A stretch of 64,000 nucleotides of DNA from Klebsormidium nitens (lineage: Eukaryota > Plantae > Klebsormidiophyceae). The DNA is taken from assembly GCA_000708835.1 (NCBI GenBank), contig DF237368.1:16749-80748 (forward strand). Direction: 5' to 3'. Of this stretch, positions 1-11,416 are shown piece after piece (within the stretch, counting starts at the first letter, position 1; each line of letters opens with the position of its first letter). The notes beneath the pieces were generated by a model, which saw nothing but the letters and a program-made list of their open reading frames with translations, was not told where the DNA came from and ran no database searches. A program made the position numbers and the translations under genes.

Positions 1-290
1 GAGCCCGATAGGATTCCAATTCTTATCGAGTTGAGTTTCTGATCCAACGAAAAGCTTTGAAAGCTCACCGTTGTCCGGCAAGGACACGGTTCAAAGCAGG
101 TCGGAGGCTATAAAGCGGAACCTGCCGTTTTGACAACTTCCCGCTGGTTTCCGTTTCAATTCTGAGTCCTTTGCTCGTTCTTTTTCGAAACAATCTGTCT
201 GCACAATATACGCATATTCTGCAAAGTTATCACACCCCGAGCGTCCCCTGCGCTCTCGAGACCACCCCTCAAGCATTATTTCGCTCTTAC

Positions 291-2104
291 CTCCACAACG
301 GTCTCCTTCTCAAGAGCCGTCACTCTCTGTGGGGTGGGGCTGTCCAGTGTATCAGAACCCAGTCCGAGCTGGCCCCGTCGCGAGCTGCCCCACGCCCAAA
401 GCGAGCCGTCGTTTCCCACAGCAAAGGACGCTACTCCGGACCCAGCAGCACTTGCCACGTGGACGCCTTCTAGACCAGAGACTGGATGGGGAAGGGAGGA
501 GGACACCGGGGCTGCGCTGCAGAAAAGGTTCGGAGAAGTAAAAGGGCGGTGAGGTGCTCGAGTATCCGGTTTACGCTGGAAAGGTAAGCTTGTGGCTCGT
601 TCTGGCTTCCTTTCTTTAAAGCTCGGTGATGGTAGTTTTAACAGGTGAACCGATTTGACAACGTTCAGAATCTCTGACACAGTAGTATCCGTTATAACTT
701 GTAAATGCAACCGATGAAGAAGCTGGTGCAAGTAGTGCATTGTCGAACACATTCCCGCTGTGCTTGGCCATTGAAGCTATGGACATTCCAGTACTGCTGC
801 CAAGGATCATCAGACATACTCAAAGATTTCCATTAGCAATATTACTTCCTTCTTTGGAGATCCTGATATTTAAAGAAACGTTTCCGTTTGCCTTCCAATG
901 ACAAGTCGCTCTTACTCTGTAAGTAGATTATCTGAATTTTACCACACTGGACGAAATGAAGAAAGCTGCAGGGAAAGACAACGTCATCAACGACACTTCC
1001 CTCGGGATTTGAGCCGGACAGCTTATATACCTGCGATATCCCTGGTCAAAGGACAAAGGGATAATCCAAAAGGCGTCCTCAATTTGATGATAGAGCCCGT
1101 CGCACGCTCACCTGTCACGATGACCTCTGGAGAACTTCAGTGAATTGGCGTCACCCGTCGCAGAAACGAGCTCCTCGGTGTTCGCATCGGATCTCACCCC
1201 CCGCCCCAGCTGGCCCTCTTTGTCTCTCCCCCAGGCCCATAGCCGGCCCCCCTTGGTGATTGCAAAAGAATGATAATGTCCAGCGGCGACACTAATGGTA
1301 TCTGGCGGAAGTCCATTGACGGGGGTTGGAGAGTAAGCATCATCAAGGATGCCATCCCCCTGGAGCCCTAGCGCTCCAAAGGCGCCGTCGCCGAAGCTGA
1401 GAACTGCAGAAAGCCAGGGTTTGAATGCATGATGTGGATGGTGGTGCGGGGTTGAGATCTAAACTTCCTGTTGTGTGTCACTGAGACCAAAGCTATGGTG
1501 CAAACAATGTCGTGCTTCTCAGGTTCCACATGGAACGAGTGCCCCGAGCAGTCGTTTCAGGACAGGAGCAGGAGTCAATTCAAGCCAATTCAAGCAGCGT
1601 GGAGAGAAGAGAAAGAGAGTTTATGGATTCCCAGCCCGATTGTCACGGGCACATCATTGAAACGCCTCGGCAATGCTATCAATTGCCAGAGCTCCAAAGG
1701 TTTCCCTTGTCAAGCTCTGGGGATTAATTGTCCTCTGCAATCTGCACCTGCCGTCAAGTCAAAGACGATCAGAGAAGTTTGAAGTGGCGGTGCCAGACTT
1801 CCACGATCTTTTGAAGGTCAGCAAGTGAACCAGTGGGTATAATCAGATCTCGCGCGACACACTTACCGACAGCCTGTGATTCTGCATGGCCACCAGCTGA
1901 TGATGAACAGCCTCTTTGAAACGTACATGAGAAGGCCCTCCTCAGTTCTATCCATGCACTTGCATGGGCAGAGATTGCCCTGCATGAGTTTGGTGCAACC
2001 ACTGCAAAAGGTCCCGTGCTACTTATAAATGCCAACTGGTTGGCAACTGATTCTCTCCGGGTCACTGCGATTGGCCTCAATAGGCCCGCAAGCAGTCTCC
2101 ACAT
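291..2104 (-). CDS. RUG3: RCC1/UVR8/GEF-like protein, RUG3-like (putative mitochondrial splicing factor); 3' part runs off the left edge of the window
   Basis: Exons 2104-1867, 1403-1112 and 516-291 have GT-AG borders and splice in frame: MWRLLAGLLRPIAVTRR (Arg/Leu-rich, mitochondrial presequence-like)...VLSFGDGAFGALGL...DAYSPTPVNGLPPDTISVAAGHYHSFAITKGGRLWAWGRDKEGQLGR...GNDGSLWAWGSSRRGQLGLG. The motifs resemble Arabidopsis RUG3 as I recall it (SFGDG..GALGL, AGHYHSLA, DGSLWVWGKSKRGQLGLG). RCC1 family membership is certain; orthology is from memory. Confidence 0.72.
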
Positions 2105-4828
2105 TGGTTCCCCCAATGCTGTTGGCACTAAGTGTTGAAGTTGAGATTGTTCAAAGGTGGAGGAATTCTTGAGGCACCAGCAAGCAAATTTTGCAACTTT
2201 TATTGTTGCGCTGACTTGGAGCCGTCCTCGTGATTGATGACAATTGTCAACTGCGCAGGAAGAGCTCGTCGCCACTGGAAGCTCGTATTCATTGCTTTGC
2301 CCACAAGGATGCGCCTGCCAAATGGTGCGCACACATAAGCTTATCGTGATCAATTTCAAAGCAATGCAGCTTGATTCACGAATCCGCCCCCATAGGCAGC
2401 AGTGGCAAAGGCCCAAAGCAACTCGCAAGATTTAACAGCCAGAGTTGGCATTGGAACTTGGAAGTTGAAGACGGACCCAGCTTCATGTCTCGTTGAAGTG
2501 CCGGGTCAGACGGCTAACCCGCTGAGTCTTTTATACGGTGTCAATCGATGGCTGGTGCTCCCTGCCTTCCGTCCGTAACACTCTTCTTAGCAAACTTATA
2601 GGGTTCGGAGTTCGCGACAGAGGCGATCTCGAGAACCTGAACTTGAAGCAATCCCCCTCTATTCAGTCTGACTAGAGTGAGAGTGAGGCGCTGCTTGCTG
2701 ATCAAAGTGAGGCGCGCTGCAGTCGCGGCAATCAATCTGCTCTCGGACTCACCGACCGCAATTTCGGAGAGGCGCTCGAGCGCAACAATGGCTGCCATTC
2801 TGCGTTTTCCAGTTTTGCAGTGCACCCGCTACAGTGCTCCATAAATCAGGCCTGAACAACCGTTGGGAAGCTCTTGAGAATTGCTTTTCAAAGAACCTGG
2901 GCGCAGGCGCCATAACCAAAAGCACAAATATTACCCAAAATGGTGTGGGCAAGCCCATTTGGCTTTCAAGGGAACACCTTACTAGCTTCAAAGGGACTCT
3001 ATCTTGCGTGGGTGAAGCGAGGTGGCAGCGGGATGCAGCAAATGCATCATGAGATTTGCTGATGAGGCTGGCTGCATTGCGATCGGAGCTTTTGAGCACT
3101 CAAGCTCTTGTGGGGCTTTTAGCATTTTGAGTTGAGGCCGCAACACCGCAAGAGGCAGCCTTTGTGCAGCCTTCTAAGCTAAGTGTCTCCCCCATTCACT
3201 CTTTTTTGGAGCTGCATTGCTCGAACATCCAGGCTGGTAGGGTTTCGATTGCATCCATTGCTAAAATGTTTTCCTCTTCTTTAGCCCCTTCAGTGAATGA
3301 GGCTCTTCCTTTCCAGCATACTCCCCGCATACTCATGTTCTGTTGGCATTGCTGCATCGTACCTCAAAAGCAATCAGTATTGTAAGATCGGCTTTCATCG
3401 GACTCACGAATTACGGTCAGATTCTGATTGAGCTCTGGGCGTCATCCCTTGAAACCCTTTTCTTTGGAACCCTTGAAACCTGGTCTTTTGAAACTTCCGA
3501 TTCTTTTGCTTGCAATGTTTTGTTCATGCTCTGTGCAAACTCCGTGTCTTACCTCCGCCGTCCTGCTGGGAGCGACGTGAAGCCAAAGCTGAATTGAACC
3601 TCAAGCCGCAAGAGACGCGAACTGAAGCTGAAGCTGAACTGAACATACAAGACTTCCTTGTTTTTTGTAGACTTTGCACCTGATGATTTATTTACAGGCT
3701 TGTGCTAGCAAGGAAGCAATTGCGATGGTAATCTGCTTCATGGGCCCTCCCCACTGAATGACCTATTGCAGACTTCTTTCTTAAGAGTCACATAAGAATC
3801 ACGTCACGCAGAACTCTTCTCATGTTTGGATGGATCATTGACTTTGTCAAATCGTTAGAGCTTCCTATCCCTGAATCCTGGACATTGCTTTACGACCTTG
3901 TTCAGTATTTTGAGAGCTTCAAATGCGCAGGCCACCTGTACGCCACCTTTCTCGTAGCGCACAGTTTGCATGTGTTCTGGGCTTGGGACGCATCAAAGTA
4001 ACTTCAAACACGAACGTGAAACTTCAGTACCGATTTCGTTTCGATTGTTTGAAGAGGGAACTTCATAGACCATGGACGTCTTGAGGGACTCGAAAATGTG
4101 CCTCTGTTGGCATGATCCTGCAATGGTCGATTCCATTCGCAGATCGGAGGCGCGCATGGTCTTCTTCGCGATTCTACATCGAAGCGCTCTGGAGTACCTT
4201 TTCCCCACCCACAAAAGGCGGGTCCAAGAAAGAAGCCAAGAGACCCTGGGGGGGTTTTTAACGGCTCCAGCGTAGTCTAATTTAGACAGACTTCGATGTA
4301 GAATAGTGTTAGAAGCTCCCATTTGAGTGAGGCTTGCATGCAAGTCGATTGAAAACACTCATAACCGTTGCCTGTAACGAGCTCGAACCTGTAAGAATAT
4401 AAGATAAGTTGCGTCTAGAAGTAGAACTCGGCGTATACGCATCGAGTTGCGTGTGGTAGTTCTATGCTCTTTTTGGGATCTGTAGGAGCATAGAATAAGA
4501 ACCATCGACACAGCCCATCTCCGTACCGGTAAAACGGTCGGATTGTAAATGATACCATCTGCAGGACAAGCAAGCTGTTTGCCAGCTGTTTGGAGCAAGA
4601 TTTGAAGGCGCAAGTCTCTAATGAGATCTAGCTTGAATCAATAGCACTCTCGTGTTTCTGCTTTTTGACAACAGCTGTGTCACGTACGTCTTTGCCTTCT
4701 TTTGGCAGAAGGCACAAGCGCAGCTCAATGAAGCAATCACAGCTAGAGCAAGAGCATCAGCAGCTCTAAACATGTCTTATTGAACTTCTTGTAGCTTGCT
4801 GCACTTGACGAATCAGGTTCTGTAACTG

Positions 4829-6364
4829 ATGGATATTGATGTTCCAACCATAGCAGAGGCTCTGTTGTCGGACAAGCCAGCCATGCATGTACTCTTTCGG
4901 GTTGTGAAGCAGTTTGCAGAACTTTTTGCAGGCCGGGAACCAGGCAGCTCAGCACCCATCAATCTCTGTCGCTTTGCTCAGGAGCTGGCAGTATACCGTC
5001 AGGACGCAGTTGTGAAGAAGCTAGTGACCAATGTTCTCGCTTCGCAGGAGGAGCCATCTGCCGAATATGACGAACGCATGGAGCAGGACTCTGTCGCTCT
5101 GTTATCTGTGCGCATTCTCACCCACCTTGCATCCAGCCAAGTTGTTGCCAATTCCTGCATACAAGATGAGCGATCTGCTTGGGGTTTGTTGGACCACTAT
5201 GTTGAGAACCTGGAATGTCTTCGGGACCCAAACAGAGAAGAAGGCTATGTGGCGTAGGAACTCGGAGCTCAACCAGGACCTGAACGACTGGAGCGCCTTC
5301 TTCAGTCTAGCAGGGATGGTGTATTTCGGTCGGGCGTCCAAGCTGTTTCGTGAGAGCATGCGTGAAAATGAGGAGCTTCTTCCCTTGCTCGAATTTGTCC
5401 TCTCAGACAACTACTTAGGCAGGTGCTCCGATGTTGCTGCAATCAGATTGAGGGTTTCAAATCTCATCGAGGCTCTATCACTCTCGCCAGACAGCAAGAC
5501 GTGGATTGTTGAACAGGATTATCTGCAACTTGCGGCACGAATCTTTGAGACCACAAACTTAGCGGCCCAACATGACCCAGAATTCCAGTGTGCATTCTAC
5601 CTGTTCAGCTTATCAGAAGTTCCGGACTGTCTGGCACAAATGAAGCAGAAAGCAGTTTACACGATCTTCAAAGTTCATCGTGACATGTTTGAGACCTTGG
5701 AGATCGGTCCTATCTGGTCCGTGCTTGAAGATAGACTCCTCGGTCGTGTGAGTAGATCAAAGAGATCGCTTCGAGTGGAGGAACTCAGAAGACAGGTTGA
5801 GCTAGACATGTACGCCAGTGGCTTGCCAACAATCTGTTCATGGCGCGGCTGCTCTGTTCCAGATCAGATGGTCTCAGGCATGAAGTTCAGCAAGTGTGGT
5901 CGCTGCCATGTGGCGCACTACTGCAGGTAAGTGGTTGGCTTCTTATCTCTATGTTGTGAGCTTTTCAGCAACTAAGAAGTGCCAAATGACTTCGTTTGCA
6001 AAACGGCTTGTGGCCTTGTCCGCCAGGTTGCATGAGAAACAAGGAGTTGAAGAAGCGCAAACAATTGCAATCGCGCTTTCCCATTTTCTCTCGTGGTCCA
6101 ATCATTCACAAAGCATCTGAAAACCATCAATCTTGTGTATTGCACAACATGAATCCAAGATGTCGGTTGTCTTGGCGCTTGATATTGAGCGGATATGTCT
6201 CATTTACTTCGAAAGTGGTTGAGGCGGCTGTCATTTCCGGACAAGCTTCTGATTTGTGAAACGCACGAACCAAACGTGTTCTCTTCACGTCTTGCAGCAA
6301 AGATCACCAGAAGTTACACTGGCCACAACACAAGAAACACTGCTTCAAAGCACAGGCAGCTTGA
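4829..6364 (+). CDS. Helical-repeat protein with C-terminal MYND-type zinc finger; contains a +1 frame break at about 5255
   Basis: ORF 4829-5257 overlaps ORF 5031-5930. The second ORF ends CSWRGC...CGRCHVAHYC-AG|gtaag (donor 5927). Acceptor cttgcag at 6297 gives exon 6298-6364, so the spliced C-terminus is YCSKDHQKLHWPQHKKHCFKAQAA*, completing the MYND consensus. The N-terminal extent is uncertain. Confidence 0.75.
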
Positions 6365-7460
6365 TGGAGTTTGTTCGAATGGAGGCGTGAAGACACGAAC
6401 AAAGGAGGAGTTTGCGACAAAGTGACAGGGGAATAGAGAGCTTTAGACAGAGAAGTTGGCCGGCCCTTACCTTTCTGTACATTGACATGAAAGCTGCAAT
6501 CTCATAAGAATCGAAGTAAAAGCCTTTGCCATTAACTCTGACATGTAGCACACACGCAGACAGTCACCTGTGCCAGTGACACGCTTGCAAAGGTTGACTC
6601 TTCGCTTCGGCCGCCGCAATTCGAGTTTTGCTGTGGCAGATTCCAAGATCCTTATGCCTGTTAGAACCGTTGTCTGCTAGTCAGTTCGGGCCGCCAGGTG
6701 CTTCACGGCAGACCCACTATTCTCTGGTTAAGAGGCACAGAAGGGGCGGCCAGGTCGCGCGATATTCGTATCGCGCAATGACATATGCATATGCACTTAT
6801 GGACGGAAGCTCAAAACGTCCGTTTTATACTTGACCCGACATGGTCGACCTGCATGGAGTGACCTGGATATTCAAGTACGTACTATAAAGTGTATATTGT
6901 CGGACGTTCTCCGTTTGCGCCAGATATATTTTTCGTGCAAGCTAGTTCCATTCACTCAGGGCATGTAGGCATTCCGATCATGCAGTAAAACATCGCTCGT
7001 AGATGATGCACATGCGTGGCTGCACATGTATGTACGCGCATTAACCATGATAACACGTATCATAAAGCAGTTCAATGGCCGATTTGATGGACGGTCGCCC
7101 AATCATTTGCAATCAACTGATTACGATTGAAACGATGCGCAGGCCCGACATGTATTGGTTCACTTGCATGCAACCTATGCAGAGTCTCAGCTAAAGGGCG
7201 TGATTTTTGAGACCTAACAAGGTCGTTTTCAGGTCTGGCACAAAAGTAAGCCAGCTTCACATTCTGACGTTTTCCATCATGCCGTCCTTCTGAATCTAGG
7301 AGACGGCTTTGAGAAATAGAAAAGGGTTTCTGCTAACTGCCGAGAATCTTTCCCATTCCAAAATTGTGACTCAAAAAAGGCAAGCGTAGCTCTGACCAAC
7401 TACACCAGGCATGTAGAGCATTGAAGTTCAAACTCTCTATCCAGATAAGCAAGCCGGCAA

Positions 7461-9157
7461 CTACTTGAACTCGAGCACCTCAATCTCAAACAGCAGCGTG
7501 GAGTTGGGTTGGATCCCCCAGGCGGGGAAACCTCCAGCCCCATACGCATAATCGGGCGAGCACTGCAGAAGTCAGTTGGATACGATAAGGCAACCTACAG
7601 AGTAACGATGATTCACTGTCGCCTTCTAAAGAACCCAATCAGAGGCAACCGCAGCATTCGAGAGACTTTGCAAGCTTCGAAACCAGTTCTTTTGAGGTAA
7701 GGAGGGTTTAGAATACATGTGTCACGTTGAAAGCATTTCTGGCGTCGCTTTGAGCTTTGACTTTGCAATACTTCTCACCGTCAAGCGAGAGACCTCTCCC
7801 CTCTGCATGTTCAAAACGCCTTCATCCCAACCTGCAATTGACACCCAATGGCCACTCAGACACCTCTCAGAAGGGACTCCCGTGGAGCTTTAACAGGGTA
7901 AGCACAGCAGAGCAGTCTCATGCATCCGCCTCTGGCCTCGAGAAGTCCACAGAATCATCAAACCTATGTACAACCGTAAGGTGCTTCCTGCCGGAATCAC
8001 AATTTCTGGGATATTCTCCTGTTGCTTTTCTGGTCAAGCCCCTACCTTTGATGACTTGGCCAAGGCCCACCCTGAAAGTGAACGGCTCCTGCCCTGGATC
8101 CTTGGTGCTGCACAAGGCCAACATGTTGTCAAACGAAGTGTGCCCAAAGGTCCATTCAAAAGGAGGAACGGCCGACAGCAGCCGAGTACCATGCGTGGTT
8201 TCTGAAAGCGGTAGAAACCGGAAAGAAGGGGAGCGAGATTGCTGAGGACTTCAGAAGACAAAAGAGATGTGACGTTCTTGTGTATCACAGAGCTCCTTGA
8301 CACACTGTCAACATGTCTTTTGGGGTGGAAAGTGAATTGCATCGTGATTGCTGAGTCAGCGTCGAAGAAGTCCTGGCTGACTGGCAAACTTTACTAAGCG
8401 CGACAAAAGAGTTCCGCAGCAAGGTGAAGAAAAATTTCGGATGTCAGATTGCACAGTCCAAAACTTCTGAAAGGTAGGAGCAATGACGCACAATGAGAAG
8501 GACAAGCATTGATGCAAGGGGGTCCAAGTGCACCTTATTCTTCAAAGTTGCGCAAAAGCTCCTTGTAAAGCATTGGCCACGCTGACTTCACCTCCATGCT
8601 ACATCCATCCGAAGTTTTCAAGAGATAGCGTAGAAAACCATTGAGAGAACGCCGGCCGACAATTCCATAATGTTCGTCAGCAGAAGAGCCAGAGTAACAC
8701 GTCGTTCCTTCAAACAAATCAGCGAATGCTGGGGATAAGTGCGCGCCTCCCGGTGCCTTACCTCCAAAACTTCTTGGACAAGTCCCGATCTTTCCCGTAG
8801 CCTACAAGCATGAAATTGAGGTCCTTAGTTCAAACCGAGACATGCCATTTTGACCTGTCAAACCTGCTGGCGGGTTATGGAAAAAGGCGCTCAGACAGTG
8901 GCTTGATTTGCTTGCCTTTCTGATTTAGAGAGGGCGACAGATTGCGCCATCAGAATTGGCTTTCAAACATCCCTTGCAATGCCATGGCACAAACTGAAGC
9001 ATATCAGGCGAGTATCTGCGCATGCACAAGAACAGCTTCTGGAGACTCTGAGTGTAGTACTGCTGTGGACCTTACCAGTGCAATGCACGGTGACTGTCTG
9101 CCCTTTCTGAGGCTTGGGCCCGCTCCCTGCCTTAACTTGCTCCTTCTCAATCCCCAT
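7461..9157 (-). CDS. FKBP12: FK506-binding protein 12, peptidyl-prolyl cis-trans isomerase (112 aa)
   Basis: Five exons (9157-9076, 8801-8762, 8107-8046, 7831-7779, 7562-7461; 339 nt) splice to [112 protein letters not shown], the classic plant FKBP12 sequence. Confidence 0.96.
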
Positions 9158-11150
9158 ACTTACTCTGCCACCACTCAAACCCCGTGACGAAACAAGATAT
9201 GTGCACGGCTCTCCGGAGAAGGACGTCTCTCCAAGCTGCCTGTGCAAGTTCCCTCCCTTTCTCAACAGATTGCACCCCGTAGTAGAGCGCCTGACTTGCA
9301 GATTCTGGCTGCTCCTGCCTGCAGCAAAGAGGGCGGCGGCGCGTCCAACGGTCAACGCTGCAGGGCTGCTGATTGCCTGCATTTAAACTCCCTGCCTGAA
9401 GGCTAAAGGCGCAAAGACGTAGCGATCCGGGCTTGGATTCGGAATGTGCACGACTCGGAAAAGAAAGACAATTCCGATTTCAGAGGAGCAGGAATGGCCC
9501 CGACTCCAGAGACAAGTCGCCCTGATCATTCTCGCGGCCGCGCTGCGCTATCCGAAGCCGCGACGGCCGGCTTTTGGTATATAGTTGAACTTTGTGCGCG
9601 CGCCCATGGTGACAGGTTGACGGTTGGGATGCACCTCGCAACATCATCACCCAGTACTCAAGACAGCTCCATGTGTGCACTGCGTGGCTCCGACTCGAAG
9701 CTACAGTCCTGTGTAGACAGAACATACATACCCACAGCACTGGTGCGTCAACTGAGCATGACGTCATGAGGTACAGTTCTCGTACAGTACCTACAAGAAT
9801 CGGACGGCAGTGCTACTGCATGCCGTCATGACGCACTGAGAGTACTGAGCTTCGCAGCTGCTCGGCCAGCATGTGCCCAGTTTCCATGTGGGCAAAGCAG
9901 TGATCGAGAAATCCTGGCAATGACTCGAGCCATCGTCGAGAGAATCTGGGAAGTCAATGACAAAGGTTAGCTGAGGGCAATGATGATGCCATGAATCATG
10001 ATGACTCTCAGAGGACAACTTTGAAAGGCTAGGCGTCATTTTGCACTGCAGGCTGGCCGGGCAAAGAGGGGGAATGGTTCCTTACATAGCAATGGCGAGC
10101 CCGTTGGCGTCCGTCAATTGTCGACCATCAGAAGAGATCCGCAATCGGATAGCCTTCTGCGCAGAGAATCATAAGTTTTAGTTGCACGACCCATAGCAGG
10201 TAATGCATGGGAATCCCGTGCATGTACATCAGCCTTTTGAGATGGGTTCCAGATAGTTGTTCGGAGGGATGGAGGAGACGCCTGTGATGCTTCCGCCCGG
10301 GCCATGTTTGCCTGCAGGCTGACCAGAAAGGGACGGGAAAGGGACTCGTCAGTGTCTGCTCTTCGGGTACTGCTGGGTCCTGAGGTAGTTGCCCGTGTGG
10401 AGGAAGGGCACAAGCTTGGCAGCATTGAGTCCATCAGAAAAGAGCAAGCCCATTATTGATGTCTGTAGATATGTAAAGCAGAACGGGGTCGAAATCATGG
10501 TTCATAGACCGCATGTGTAATGTCGTCACAATAAGAATTACTCAGCCTAGGAATCATCCCGAGCGCGGCCTTCAAAGGAGTATGTTGGCAGCAGCTATTG
10601 CAATCAAAGGATGCCGGCGACGTCGGGCTAGGTCAGAGGAAGGTCAGGTTGAGCTGTGCTGACAGGCATCAAGAGTTTGAAAGTCGCGATTCTAAACAAG
10701 CGGGGGAATTCATGAGCTCAAAGACCACAAGGAGCGGAAAGCGTTTCCTTTTTCGTAAAAGGAGGCCCCAATCACTGCCAAGGACAATTGCAGGAGGAAG
10801 TGGTACGGAGCTTTTGCTGAAAAGGGTGCGTTTGGCTGGGCGATCGTCAAAGAGTTGCCAACTGGCACGACATCGGTCGGACAAGGGGGCCAGCCGCCAC
10901 AAAATAGCTCTCGGAGCCTAACCATAACAACAAGCTAGAAAGAGCTTTCGAAAAAGGTTCCTGGTGCTGTAAGCAACTAGAGGCGCATTGGGTACCTTCA
11001 ACAGCTAAATAGTTGGTAACGTCTCAGGTCTGCGGGACAGTAGAAGAGCTTTCCAAGGGCTCGAGGTCGCAGCGGAAACGCCGTGAACGGTGACTACAAA
11101 TCAATCGATTGCTGGCGCCGGGCAGCTTCGGCTTCTTAAGCAGTGGTCCC

Positions 11151-11396
11151 GGGAGACTTGGGTTAATCAAAACGGTGTTCCGGGAGACCTTCGGGTTACC
11201 TAAACGGTGTGGTTGGGAGCTTCCGGTTATCTTAACGGTAGGGGCGGTGAGCTTCGAGTTATCTAAACGGTAACGCCGGGGGGGGAGCTTCGGGTTATTA
11301 AACGGTAGGCGGTGGGGAGCTTCAAGTAATTAAACCGGGGGCAGAGCTTCGGGTTACTAAAACGAGAGGAGGTGGGGAGATTTGGGTTGTCTACAC
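11151..11396. repeat. Degenerate tandem array, about 8 units of 28-36 bp, core GGGAGCTTCGGGTTAT(C)TAAACGGT with variable G-rich linkers
   Basis: Units read directly, e.g. gggagaccttcgggttacctaaacggt, gggagcttccggttatcttaacggt, tgagcttcgagttatctaaacggt, gggagcttcgggttattaaacggt, agagcttcgggttactaaaacg. The array ends about 20 bp before the ATG at 11417. Confidence 0.9.
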
Positions 11397-11416
11397 AGCC
11401 GGCTGCGGCAGCTGCG

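Noticed and set aside
291-2104. Second UVR8 copy
   Set aside because: It has RCC1 repeats but lacks the GWRHT motifs in the visible part and has a mitochondrial-type presequence; it fits RUG3-like proteins better.
2500-4800. Additional gene between RUG3 and the MYND gene
   Set aside because: Only short ORFs with no recognisable motifs or consistent splice chain; could be UTR or decayed coding DNA.
9400-11100. Spliced gene on the minus strand (acceptor at 10312, donor at 10085)
   Set aside because: All three frames of the candidate exon contain stops and no domain is recognisable; a lncRNA cannot be excluded.
11151-11396. CRISPR array
   Set aside because: Spacers are only 5-12 nt and G-rich, the repeats are degenerate, there are no cas genes, and the context is eukaryotic.
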